Source: Atractiella rhizophila (taxonomy: Eukaryota). Taken from it: DNA of 64,000 nt. Both the position numbers and the translations under genes were made by a program. Each line of letters begins with the position of its first letter. The stretch's first letter is position 1. Below the pieces are notes generated by a model. That model did not search any database. It saw nothing but the letters and a program-made list of their open reading frames with translations, and was not told the origin of the DNA. Location: assembly GCA_021432655.1 (NCBI GenBank), contig MU271255.1:1-64000 (forward strand), given 5' to 3'. This document shows, piece after piece, positions 1-11,614 of the stretch.

Positions 1-2506
1 GATACCAGCACCGAAAGGGATTGTAGCCAAGATCGGTACGATCCAATGGACCGATTTCCTGGTAGTAAAGGCGAAGATGAATAAGCCAACGGGCAAGATA
101 ACCCCTAGGCATAGTGAGTTGTCTCTCTTTCTTGATAGAAATAATGAATCTCACCTCCTATCATCAGACCAGGCAATCTGGCCTCTGGTGCAATGATGCC
201 GGTTGGAGAAGCGTCACATTTCCTCGCATAGCTCTTGTTCAACCACAGGTTGATGAAGATTCCACTGAAAGTTCCTGCTAAAAGACCAAGGTACCCGAGT
301 CCACCGATGCCAGGGGACCAACCTCTCTCCTGCTGGAACACAATTGGGAACGCGGTGAAACACAAGTACAATATGCCTTTCGAATCATGTCAGCTCACTG
401 TGATATTGAGTCCAAATACAAGGCATACCGTATACCAAAGCTGCATAGAGAGCAAAGAGCAGAACGATAACGTCGAGAAGCAGCATCTTGAACGGCCTTA
501 CGAGGGAGATCTGGAGCTTGTGGCCCAAAGATTCCGGAGGCTTGTCCTTATCGTAAATCGAGACGTAGTAAACGATATCACCCGCCTCTTCATCCAGCGC
601 ATCCAGCCCGTCCTTCTCCTTCTCCTTCTCCTTGTCGATAGAAAGCCTGGCTGCCACCTTCAGGTCCTTCGCCTTCCTACCCGCATTCGCTTTCTCCATC
701 AACTTCGCCGCTCTCTCTCTCAAAATCGCCGGCGCATACGTTTCCGGTACGAGGAGGAAGTTAGCCATAAACATGACGGCCGAGAACCCAAACATGATCC
801 AAAAGTTAGCTCTCCACCCCACCGTCTGTCCCACGAATCCTGCAACGATAGGGCCCAAGACGGGACCCGAGAAGGGGGCCATGGCGAAGAAGGACATGGC
901 GAGGGAACGGTCGCGGGGGATGAACATGTCGCTGATCACCCCGCCCGAGTTGGTGAGGGGGGCGGAACCGAACATGCCGGCGAAGAAACGACAGTAGAGG
1001 AGCGTCTCGATGTTTTTGGCGAGTGCGCAGCCGATGTGGAAGAATGTGAAGGGGGCGTAGGTGGCGAGGAAGAGTTTGCGGCGTCCAAAGAGCTCGGAGA
1101 GTGGTGCCTGTTCCCAGTTGTCAGGTTCACGTCAATGACGGGAGCAGCGTGGATGCGCACCCAAACAAGCGGCCCAAGGGCGAATCCCAAAACGTAAAGG
1201 GCTGTAGTACAAGATTGAGTAACGACATGAGGAGAAGAGAGAAAAAAAGCCATACAAAGACCAGCAGTGAGTAGTTCTCTGCTCACTCCAAAATATGAAA
1301 GCATAGCCGATATCGCACCCGCAAACGCGCTCGAACTATAAGCGATACAAAGTGTTGCGAGAGCCGTCATCATGCTGCGAGACTCCAAGTCAGATAATTA
1401 GCGTCGCAGAGAAGAGGGAGGTCATACGTGATGGTGTATTTTTTGGCGGTTGAGAACTCGAGTGGGTTCTGTTTTTGAGGATCGTTTGGTGCGAAGGAGA
1501 CGACGTAGGGAGATGCTTTGGTCCCTAAGCCGGGATATACTAGTTCCCCTGGATGTGGCTGTCAGTATTGGTGGTGACGTTCTTAATGAGCAGGAAGCTG
1601 GGATAACTTGACTGTCTACTGATGACCGTCTCAGTGAAAATGAAACATGTCGATTATTTCCCCTGCGTTCATAATGGAAGGTCTTTAACATCAAAGCTAG
1701 AGTGTGTTCACAGGCAACATGTTTATTGATTTTGAATTTCGAAACGCGAAAATCCAAATGTGGCTTCGAACAGTAAACTTGCAGCTGTCGCAATGAACAG
1801 CAACAATGTTGAAAATTATTTGGACAATTTCTACGACTTCTCCCACATCAGATATTGGACTGGTAGTGAGAAAAACTTCTTAGCGAGTCGCCAAACAATG
1901 GAAAAAGTGTAAACCTCCAACGAAGGATCATGTTCCCACTAACCACGAGAAGAGAGGAACGAATGAAATGACGATCCGTTCCAAACCTTCTATGCACACG
2001 TTCCCCAGTTATGGAGTGAAGGTAAAGGTGCTAAACACCTTGAGAAATCAGCGATGGTCGCGGATGTACCATTTTTTTACTGCTACAGCAAACAACGCTC
2101 CTTATGCATTGTGAAAAGCTTGCCACTGCACTAATCGACGGAAAGAAAGCTTGTGTCTTTGCTTGATAGCTTGCAAAAGATTGAGAGAGGACAGAAGTCA
2201 AAACAGTAGCCCATCCTCACCACTCCTACTTAAAATGAGGAAACGCCACAAGTTATGCACTGTCCGTTACTGCGTTCACAAAACTCTCCCAACATTCCAC
2301 CTCCCAAGAAACCACCATACCGACACACGAAAAGAACCAAAAAAAAGGAGCTCACCAGTCGGCATCCTCCTCACCCTCTCGCCCTCCTCCGCCTCCTCTC
2401 CAGGCTGCAACCGATCACGTCTGCCACTGAATCCTCCCGTCTCTTGCCTTGCGAGACTGATCGCCTCCGAAGCGTTGGACGTGCGTCTCTGTCCGCTTGC
2501 CATCAT
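1..2506 (-). CDS. MFS drug:H+ antiporter (DHA1-like), multi-exon, 3' end runs off the window
   Basis: Exons translate to YPGLGTKASPYVVSFAPNDPQKQNPLEFS, ALATLCIAYSSSAFAGAI, GSAPLTNSGGVISDMF..RDRSLAMSFFAMAPFSGPVLGPIVAGFVG..WRANFW, VPETYAPAILRERA, YLCFTAFPIVFQQERGWSPGIGGL and PEARL, which are typical fungal DHA1 motifs. The first exon (2506-~2356, MMASGQRR..) is tentative. Confidence 0.85.
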
Positions 2507-3271
2507 CCTTCAAAACAACCGTCGATACTTCGATGCTCAATACACAATATTTTCTCGTAGCGGCTAACAAGCAAGCAAGCGAGGGGCGCTACTGTAAAGT
2601 AAAGTATGCAGGAATTCGTAGCTGATTTTCGACGGAGAACGGTGAGAGTGAGATCGGTGAGTTGAGAAGGAGAAAAGGAGGGGAAGAGTTAAATAAGTTT
2701 TTGACAGGGAAGAGAAGTGGAGGCACATTGCGTTGAGATGGTAGGTTATAAGAGTCTGGAAAGATGCCATGCCGGCACGATCGGCACTCGCACAAGACGT
2801 GACAAGAGCATTCGCGCGTCGAGTAGTCAGCCAGCCACGGAAGGGGAGATACAGACCGGTGGACTCGAGTCTTGTCGTGTGTTTGCGTAACGCAGCCTGG
2901 AATATCTGCTGTCCTGAGATCGAAATAGAAAGGTGTTGACGGCGCTGGAGGAGGAGCCACAGAGGGGGACCGGAATAGCGGGGAGGAAAAATATTCGTGC
3001 AAGGTCGGCTTTGTGGGTCGGGCCGAGTGTTGTCGGTATAACCTACGTGTGGTATTAGTGCCACATCTGTGAAAGATCTACACTACAACATGTCCATTCA
3101 CACTACAACACACTAACCAGTATCTAACCCAACAAGCAACCAGAACCAACGACACTCCTTCTCAACACAGAGCTCAGCAATCGGTGCAGGCACCTCCACC
3201 CTCTTTAAACACAAGCAACACACCCAACAGCCAACCAGGCACCACTAAACCAACCAACCCTCACCATCACC

Positions 3272-4597
3272 ATGTCGCGCGACCGTCTCGCCGCCATGCG
3301 CGCCGGGAACCAGGGGCAACCGCCCTCCAACTCCTACAATAATAATAACACGTTCAGCAATAGTAACAACGGATACGGAAACGACGACGAGCCCTCGTAT
3401 CCGCCAATGAGGCAGGCGCAGCCTGCTGGTCTTCCTTCTGGGCCGCGTGCTGGCGGAGGGGGGTTGCCTAGTGGGCCGAGAGGGGGAGGGGGCGCGAGGA
3501 GACAGGATAGTTATGGTGGTGGAGGGGGGTATCAGATGGAGGAGAGGGGAGGAGGAGGAGGTGGTGGTGGTGGGGGTGGGAGAGGGAACCAGGCGGGTGG
3601 GAGGAAGGCGAAGAGGGGGAGTGGGTATTCGCTTGACGAGAGGGGGGAGGTGAGGAACGACATGGAGGGTTTCTTTCGTTCCGTGCGTCCTTCTTTCATC
3701 AAATTATATGAAGGAGTAAGATGATGGACGGGAATGATGGCAGATAAGCGACATCCAATCCACGCTCAAAGACCTCTCTTCCTCCCTCCGCACCCTCTCC
3801 TCCATCCAACAAGAGCTCTCCACGCTCCCCTCCACCTCTCCCGACTACCCCCAAGTCCAAACCCAACAAACGACGCTCACTTCCACCATCCGCACCTCCA
3901 TCCAACGCGTCAAATCCGCCCTGACCTCCCTCACCTCCGAAACCAAATCCCTCGCCCGCATCCCCGGCACCATAACCCAATCCGACGTCGACCTCCGTCT
4001 CTCCCAGCTCAAAGCCCAACAATCCCGCCTGCTCTCGTTGGTCGAAGAGTTCGGGACGATCGAGAGGACGGGCAGGGAGGGCGAGAAGAGGAAGCTGGAG
4101 AGACAGATCAAGATCGTCGATCCTTCCCTCGACGATTACGCCGTCAAACAGCGCGTGGAAGAGGCGCTCAGGACAGGGAATGACGGTGTGTTCGCGCAGG
4201 CGCTCTCGAGTCGTCAGAACGCTGCTCGCGGTGCGTTGGACGAAGTCAAGCGGCGACAAGAGGAGATCCTACAGATCGAACGGACGCTCGTCGAGCTCGC
4301 CGAGCTCTTCAACGACCTGAGTATAAGGGTGGAACAGCAAGACGAAGTGATCATTGCGATCGAGAAGCAGACGGAGACGGCGGCGGTGGATATGCAGCAG
4401 GGGGTGGGGGAGATGGAGAAGGCGGTCAAGAGCGCGAGGGGGGCGAGGAAGAAGAGGATTTGGTGTTTTGTCATCTTTTTGATCATCCTCATCATCGTCG
4501 GGGTCGTCGTCGCTATCAAAATCGTTAGTGTGAGTCTTTCTCCTCTTCTTTCGTTCTTGCGTGACAGGTTTATCTGCTGCAGAATAATAAGAAATGA
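3272..4597 (+). CDS. Plasma-membrane syntaxin (Sso1/2-like Qa-SNARE)
   Basis: Exons 3272-3682, 3744-4529 and 4583-4597 are joined by GT-AG introns in frame. It has the N-terminal MSRDRLAAMRA, a SNARE motif ARGALDEVKRRQEEILQIERTLVELAELFNDLSIRVEQQDE, and ARKKRIWC followed by a C-terminal TM helix. Confidence 0.93.
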
Positions 4598-4915
4598 TCT
4601 CTCGGATCTTTCACGACCAGTACATCTCTCCTTCAGGTTTTGGTTCTATCGGAATGGATGTCGATGACTTCTTGGACCAGATGCTTTCGCTTCGTTGGTT
4701 TGAACGGACTCTTTCACTGATCTAGCAGCCTCTTCTTATCGCATTCGTCTGCACCATTGTACCTCTCAACATCCTTTTCCTTGGCTCCGAGCATCTTCAG
4801 ATTGAGTGGTTGAAGTATGTGGTACGAATGTTCATAGGTATTTATGGTGATATACATATCTTTTTCGCTCCCAACAACCAAGCGCAAGAAAAAAAAGAAT
4901 AGAAAGAAGAAGTGA

Positions 4916-6058
4916 TCACTCATATTCGGTATCATATCTCACCCCCATACTAGCCTTCACCTCCATCCCCAACCTCTCCATCTTCGCTCTCTCCACTCTC
5001 TCCCTCTCGATCCTCCTCAACTGTTCCAACTCCTCCCGACTCCTAAAACTATCCTCATCCTTCCTCTCCCTCCTAAAACTCTTCCTCAACGCCTCCTCGT
5101 CCGCCCTCGCATCGTACGTCTCCGACGTAGACACGAGCGACTCGCCCATTCGGAGAGCGGAGAGTTGGGCAGAGTGAGAGGCGAGAGAGTAATATTTGGA
5201 GTGTGGGAGGGTGGCGGTGTTGTAGTCTTCGACGAAGGTGCGGAAGAGCTCTTTTTCTTTGGATTTTGGGAGTGTTTCGGGGTTGATGAAGCGTTCCTCA
5301 ACCAACCAGAGCCTGAATTCCGCTTCTTTCTCAAATATGTCTGTTCCACCGTATCGTTTAGTCAACTCTCACGGCCGACATATTACTGAACAGAAAGAGG
5401 CTAGAAAGGAAAGAGGCAGACGAACCAGATTCAGAAATAACCCCATACTTTCCCCACTCCACTCCGCCACCCCCTCCTCCTTCCTTCTTCCTCCTCTTCT
5501 CCTCCTTCCTCGCCTTCTTCTCCCTCTTCCTCTCCTTCCTTGCGGCACGCTCCGCAGAAGTTTCATCCCGTCGTTTGTCCCTCTTCTCTTTCTTTAGCCG
5601 ACGATGTGAGGTGGAAGATAGGGAGGAAGAGCGCGAGCGCCTTTCTGCCCGTTCCCGTTTGGTTCAATGCGAGGGCACGTCGAAGAGAGATGAGGAAAGA
5701 CAGACCTGGAGATCGGGAGCGTTTCCTCTTCCTTTCTCTGTCCCTCGAGCGGGAGCGGGACATCTGCCTCCTCTTCTCTGTCCGCCTCTCCCTGGAACGA
5801 GAACGAGAGCGTCTTCTTCCCTCTCGCTCCCTGTGGCTGTGACGTTCACGCGACCCTAATATGCATGAACCACCGTTCTCAATCTGTATGGAATGACGTA
5901 CGCTCCAGGTCCGTTCTGCTCTCTCTGTCCTTCTCACGTTCTACGCTCCTCCTCCTTCCCCTACCCTCGCTTTCACGGTGATCCTTTTTCCGTTCTCCCC
6001 AGTCTCCATCTCTGTCTTTGCCACGATAAGATGTCCCGGGACTGGGACCTCTTCCCAT
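4916..6058 (-). CDS. Conserved RS/K/E-rich nuclear protein (WGKYG..EF..WL.EE..F..FVEDYNTATLPH.KYY family); intact source copy
   Basis: Four exons by eye, starting at ATG 6058. It contains RS dipeptide runs, a K-rich segment, EWGKYGVISESDIFEKEAEFRLWLVEERFINPE..FVEDYNTATLPHSKYY and C-terminal MGVRY. Confidence 0.8.
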
Positions 6059-6746
6059 TTCGCTCAGGTCAAAACTGGCTAAGTTGTTTTTGGGTTTGTG
6101 GACGGAGTTGCGGACGCTACCCTGTGTTTTGTTTGTTTGGCTCTTAAGATCATTGACAGCAACACATCAATCAATATGCAATTTACCTGTGTAGTACTCC
6201 TGGAGCTCCCTCCATTCAGGCCTGATCAGGGCCAACATGTCATCTGAACATTCTCCCGAACACTCGTACATCGAGGGATCAACTGGCTCTTCCCTCCCTG
6301 TCCTCCGCGAGCCCACCTACTCTCTCCGCGGCTTCAATCAATATTTCTCTTCCTCAGGACAATTCGTGAAGTAGCTCGACTTGCTATGGTTGTGTGTGGG
6401 AAGCCAGGTGTATTGAACCACGGGATCTAAGCACGGACGTGCCCACTAACCAACTTGACCAATCTAGGTCAGTCCCCTTGCTCTGTTTGAATCGATTTGT
6501 TCATTAATCAAAGAAGGTCGTTTCTCCATGCCCAACACAAACCAGACGGTCGTCCTGAGGTCCGAGTTCTCCACATCATGTATAAAGGAGGCATCGTCCT
6601 TCAATCCCCCAACTACAAAACGATACATCGATCTTGCCTTCCACCTTGATTCTCCCACAAACTATTCGTCAAGGCAGTCTCACAGCTCACAGCTTGGACC
6701 TCTGCTCATTCTCATCAAGCTTCGTCACAGTTTCGATCCCCTCAAG

Positions 6747-8542
6747 ATGAGGAGGGTAAGGAGGAGGGTAGATCCTGGTGATGACAGCACCCATGCAAGA
6801 TTTCATCTCCACCTTCGGCTTTCTTCTCCTCTAACAGGGGTTATGGGTTCTAGTTTGCTGTCCCTTCTCGAAGAATGACGGAGGAGCAAACAGCTGGCCT
6901 TTGCCATGGCTCTCAAGAACCAAAATCGAGGGCACTTGTCCATGTCATCACCCCTATTGATGTCCCCGATTCGATTCGCCTCTCCATTCTCCCCTCTTTC
7001 CTATCTCGCCTACCCCTATCAATTCACATGCTCCAGATTTCGTTTGTCTTATTCCCATTTTTGAGCAGGTTGAACTTTGAAGAGATGTCATCAAAATTGT
7101 CTCATTTATCACTTGAACGGGTCAATAATGCGGTCAACAAGGATGGTGCAATTAATCTTCACATTATCATCAACAGCGAAAGTGTGTCAGTAACATTAGT
7201 GGAGGTTGAAGGGCATACGTTGACTGTCAAAAGAGATGTCAAATCGGCGGTCAACCCACTTGCTTCATATGGTTATTCATATACCTGCACATTTCCTTTC
7301 TTTCGCGAGAATGCCATATTTGCCCCCATTGCCTCATACTCCGAACCAGAAGGCTTCACCCCCATCAGTGACGACGAATCGCCAACCCTCCAATCCCTCC
7401 GGACAGCTAGCATCATCCAACTCTCTGTCCCACTTCCAGATGTTATTCCATGCAACATCTTACGCTTGCCTGTGGAGCTCCTCTCTCGTATATTCAGTTT
7501 TCTCGACGACACTTCTAAGCTCTCCGACGTATGCGAGCTCTGGAGAACCGTTTCAGCTCCTTATTGGGATGAACCTCGTTCTTTGGTGCGAAAGTATGAG
7601 TGGTTGAAACGCTATCCAGGTGCTGGACGATTGTGGAATCACCTGCCGCTTAAGGAAAGCATGGATGTTAGGATGGTGAAGGAGGTCATTGTAGGCTCGC
7701 CGAATGTCACGACAGTGGAGGTGGACGCATTTTGGAATGAAGAGGACGCAAAGATTGTGTTGGATGCAATCGAAGGCTTGAAACGGGCGGATGACGTCAG
7801 GTTTTGGAGGGGTTCGAGAAAGTGGAGGAAGGAGGAGATCGAGAACTTTTTGCAGAGGATGGGTGGCAGGATCAGATGGCTCGAAGTTCACGACGTGGAA
7901 GAGTCTCCCGCTTCCGCCTCAGCAGGCCTTCACTTATCCTCTCGCCTCGAAGTCCTATGGCTTCAACAGTACCCGCCTCTCCCATCACTCTCACTCCCAC
8001 ACACCCTCAAGTGCCTCGCACTCTCCAATATGTGTCCACTCCCTTCCTCCATCTCAGAGTCCCCTCTGCCGCCTCTTCTGGAATGGCTCTCGATCGAGCT
8101 CGCCCCCTTCTCCGCTGAAGGGAAGACCTCCATCCTGCCAACTCCGGTCCACTTATCGCACCTCAGGCACCTCACTCGCCTGATCCTCGACGGGGGCGAA
8201 GAAACGTCAAACCTCGTTTCCCGCGAGTTCTTCAGCCCCCTCAAAAACGCAACGCAGATAAGTGAGATAACACTCATGTACTGTGTGGTGGACGCGTCTG
8301 ACTGCTCAGATTTCATCCACTGGTTCTTTGGGGATTGGCTGGTGAGGGGGATTGAAAAGGGGGACCGAGTTGATGGAGCGGGGATAGGGAAACATCTTGA
8401 GGTTCGTTTATTCTTTGGAGAGTGGAGCGAGGTGGATATTGTGATTGCGAGGAGTACGATGGAAAAGTATCCAATGAGCAAGCTGTCAAATATGTGGGGC
8501 AAGACATCAGGTATTTGGGAGCCTGGGGAGGGCAAGGAGTAG
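6747..8542 (+). CDS. F-box/LRR-like protein, array copy F1 (intact)
   Basis: Exon1 6747-6794, GC-AG intron 6795-6853, exon2 6854-8542. F-box motif LRLPVELLSRIFSFL..LSDVCELWRTVS is followed by LxxLxL repeats. Confidence 0.85.
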
Positions 8543-9514
8543 TGTAGAAGGCACAATTCGACCCAGGCTACACCTCTGAAACTACTGGATCAGACTCCCG
8601 ACTCTCGCATCGCTCTCATCACCCCACGGCGGCAGGACATACCTGCGAACGCACAGAATTTGCCAGGGGGACTCAACCACTTGTTTTGCTAGCCAAGTCC
8701 AACGCTTAGATTGAGAGCCAGGACAATGCCACTTGCGCTGAGACATCAAGTCCGTTACTCTCATGTTCAAACAAGATTAGATTTGTTGAATAAATGTTCT
8801 TTTGACAGCAACCGTGAATAAAAATGACTTTGTATGATCATTGCGAAGCCGAGTCCCGGAATTGACAGACGGGAAGGTGGCAAGATTAGGAGGCGAGGAA
8901 CAAAGTGTGAAAGTTCATATCCACCTTGCATATTTGCACAACTATAATGCGAATGAAGTCCTCTGCACCTTGAATAGCAGAATACAAGTTGCAAGTATCT
9001 TGGTGCATTTGAGACAACTGTTGGACCGATTTACGGACGAAAATGAGAACGAGAGCCGTTTCACATACAATCCCCAAAGCTTCCGTTCGATCGTTTGCTT
9101 CTTCAATGTCTATTCTACAGCCTCTATCTTCGTCCACATCTACGTCTGAAGGAGAACGAGGACCTCGACTCGATGCGCTCTGGAGTCGCATGGCATTATT
9201 GCTGTTGCACCATCCAGGAGTGGCTCATCAATAACGAATGGAGCAGATTAAGGAGCTCGTTTGAATCGAACAATGACGTGGACTGGCTGTAAAGCAGTCT
9301 AGTTAGATATTGAACGAAAAGCCAAGATTTGAGGATGCACCCTTGAACCGTGCATGTCGACATCGCTGCGATGGTCAGGTTCCTCCTCTCTAAGTCGGTT
9401 CAATGATCGTCAGTTTTTATTGCTGACTTGAGATACCAAAATTTTATGACTTCTGCCTAATATGCAGACTAAAACGGACCGTACACAGACGAAATCCCGT
9501 CTAACGAGCCTCAC

Positions 9515-9900
9515 TCACTTCTTCTTCTTGGTGGTCTTATCAATAACCTCCAACATCAGACCTTGGCCAACAACACTCATACCAGCACCATAAACTCGAA
9601 GAGACGACGTACTAGGTGCGAGACTCTGCTTGAGCTACTCTACCCTCTCGGCATCAGCAAGCATGAGGGTGTAAAGGTATTTTGAGCATCGGATCGTGAA
9701 CTTGGTGACGGGTTGAGCGGAATCGAGTGCTTTGGATTTCTTAGTGGGAGACGTGACTGAAGGTTGTTTCCTTTGTGTCGGGATGTGTACGCTTTATCCG
9801 AGCGGCTGCATTGTGGCGTCAGCCTTTGTGTGTGTTGAGTGGGGGGAGGAAAGGAAGGTGGCCCTTGGCAGTAGGAGCATGTACTCGGATTCCCATACCT
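9515..9900 (-). pseudogene. RPL38: Ribosomal protein eL38 pseudogene (intron-containing), copy 1
   Basis: Reads [31 protein letters not shown], intron, then GLMLEVIDKTTKKKK*. This matches the eL38 signature KFKVRCSRYLYTL..KAEKLKQSLP. Nonsense TAG at 9635-9637. Confidence 0.85.
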
Positions 9901-11614
9901 ATAAAACGTCAAACAGGGGCTGCTTGAGGGCTTTAATTCACCTTCATCACCAATCTGCTGTCAAAACCGATAAGAGAGCAGAAGACTTACAGGGTAACCT
10001 GGAGCAGCACGCGCACAATCTTCAAAAGGTAGCCATACTGTTTACTCCTGATTACTTCTCCTGCATTAACCAGCTTGTCATCCGCATGATGACCACGAAG
10101 CTTGGAAGTCGATGATCGGTGGAGGAGGAATGCAGCGGCTAACTTTGCAGAGTGCGGAACAGCGATTGATGACGTCGTTCAAGTCGGTGTCGAAGGCAAC
10201 GATGCGCTACCCCTTGTTCGGCATCCAGCTCTTTCCCTGATTGTACCCGTTGTCCAGCTACTGCTAGTCGCAGCCCACCATCCACTGAACGCCATGACGC
10301 GCCACCTTGACTGGCCCAATTGCTGCCTGTTCCACGACAGCCATTCCTCTCCTTCCTCCAACCCAAAGCTCCTCACTGGCATCCCCTCCCTCCCGATCCC
10401 AAAGCCCCCATCCCGCACAAGCACTCTCCGACACCTCTCCAAGCCACAACCCCTCCACGCACAAGTTTCATCTCCACCTCCGCCTTCTCTCTGCCGCTGC
10501 CTTCGCTTTCGGTTTTACAGACCAGTACCTGACGCACCGTGGAGCTCCTAACGCGTGTTCGAAGCACACCTACTCGTGCCGCACAAAGTGAATACGCATC
10601 ATGACCATCTTCTCTCTCTTTCCTCCTCCCGTTGTGTCCGGACCGATAGAGCGGTTGAAGCAGTTCGATAGAGAGGTGGTTAGCAAATGCAAAAGGGAGG
10701 ACGAGGAGGACAGAGAGGGTGACCAGTTGCTCGGGGTGGGTTTGGTGATGGAGAAAGCGTAGGAAGCGGGCGCGGATGTTGCGTTTCACGGCGTATACAT
10801 GTCCTGAGGAGGAAGAAGCGAGGACGAAGCGGCGGGAGCGGTGGATGAGGGAGGGGAGGAAGACGTAAGTGACGGAGGAATGTAGTATAGTATCTCTGTG
10901 TTTAGAGTGGTTGACAGGGTAGCTGAAGGAGGAAAAAGGGAAGAATGAAACAGGTGCACTTTGGTGGTTCTCATTTGTGAGTTATTCACGCTCCAATATC
11001 TTTGGCGCACCGCTTCTCTCGCAAAACCCAAACTGACATTATCTCCTCCATTTAAGGCCTACCTCAGCTCCATCGAACAACTCCGAGCCTCTCCTGTTGT
11101 CATCCACGAGCGGTCATCTGTCGCTTTCATCATCATGTTCCTTGCGCCTCGAAAAATAACTCACGTCGTCTCTACAGCGTGGGAAAGGGAACGGAGAAGT
11201 ATCAATCCATGACATTCACGACTGTAACTGCAAGGACGGACGCCTTCGCTTCAATCAGGACAAGCATTGTTTGATTCCAACTTGTCGAGGTCCAACTTCC
11301 ATGGATGCCTGAGCGTCATTTTGATTCCAACTCGTTTAGCAGTAACGGCCTTCAGACGATCCCCACATCCTCAGCTTGAATGCTTTCATTCATTCACAGA
11401 GGGTTAATTCTGTTTTCCCAGCACGACGTCCTCCTCGACATCTGAGTTCTCCGCATCAAATAGAGTATAAAGTCGTACAACGCAGGTCCCCCCCAACAGC
11501 TTCTGCTTGATTCTCCGACGAATTATTCATAAAGGTGGTTTCACAGCACACATTTGGGGACCTCAGTTCAACTTTTTGTTTTATCAATCCTCATCGTGTT
11601 TCGATCACATCAAG

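Noticed and set aside
235..1197. 320-aa plus-strand ORF
   Set aside because: Antisense shadow of the MFS transporter exons; no recognisable motifs.
3336..3590. AAT and GGA/GGT triplet runs
   Set aside because: Low-complexity Asn/Gly coding in the syntaxin N-terminus.
6528..6746. Longer upstream extension of F1 exon 1 (MPNTNQ...)
   Set aside because: The equivalent region has stops or frameshifts in F2, F3, F4 and F6; more likely 5' UTR.
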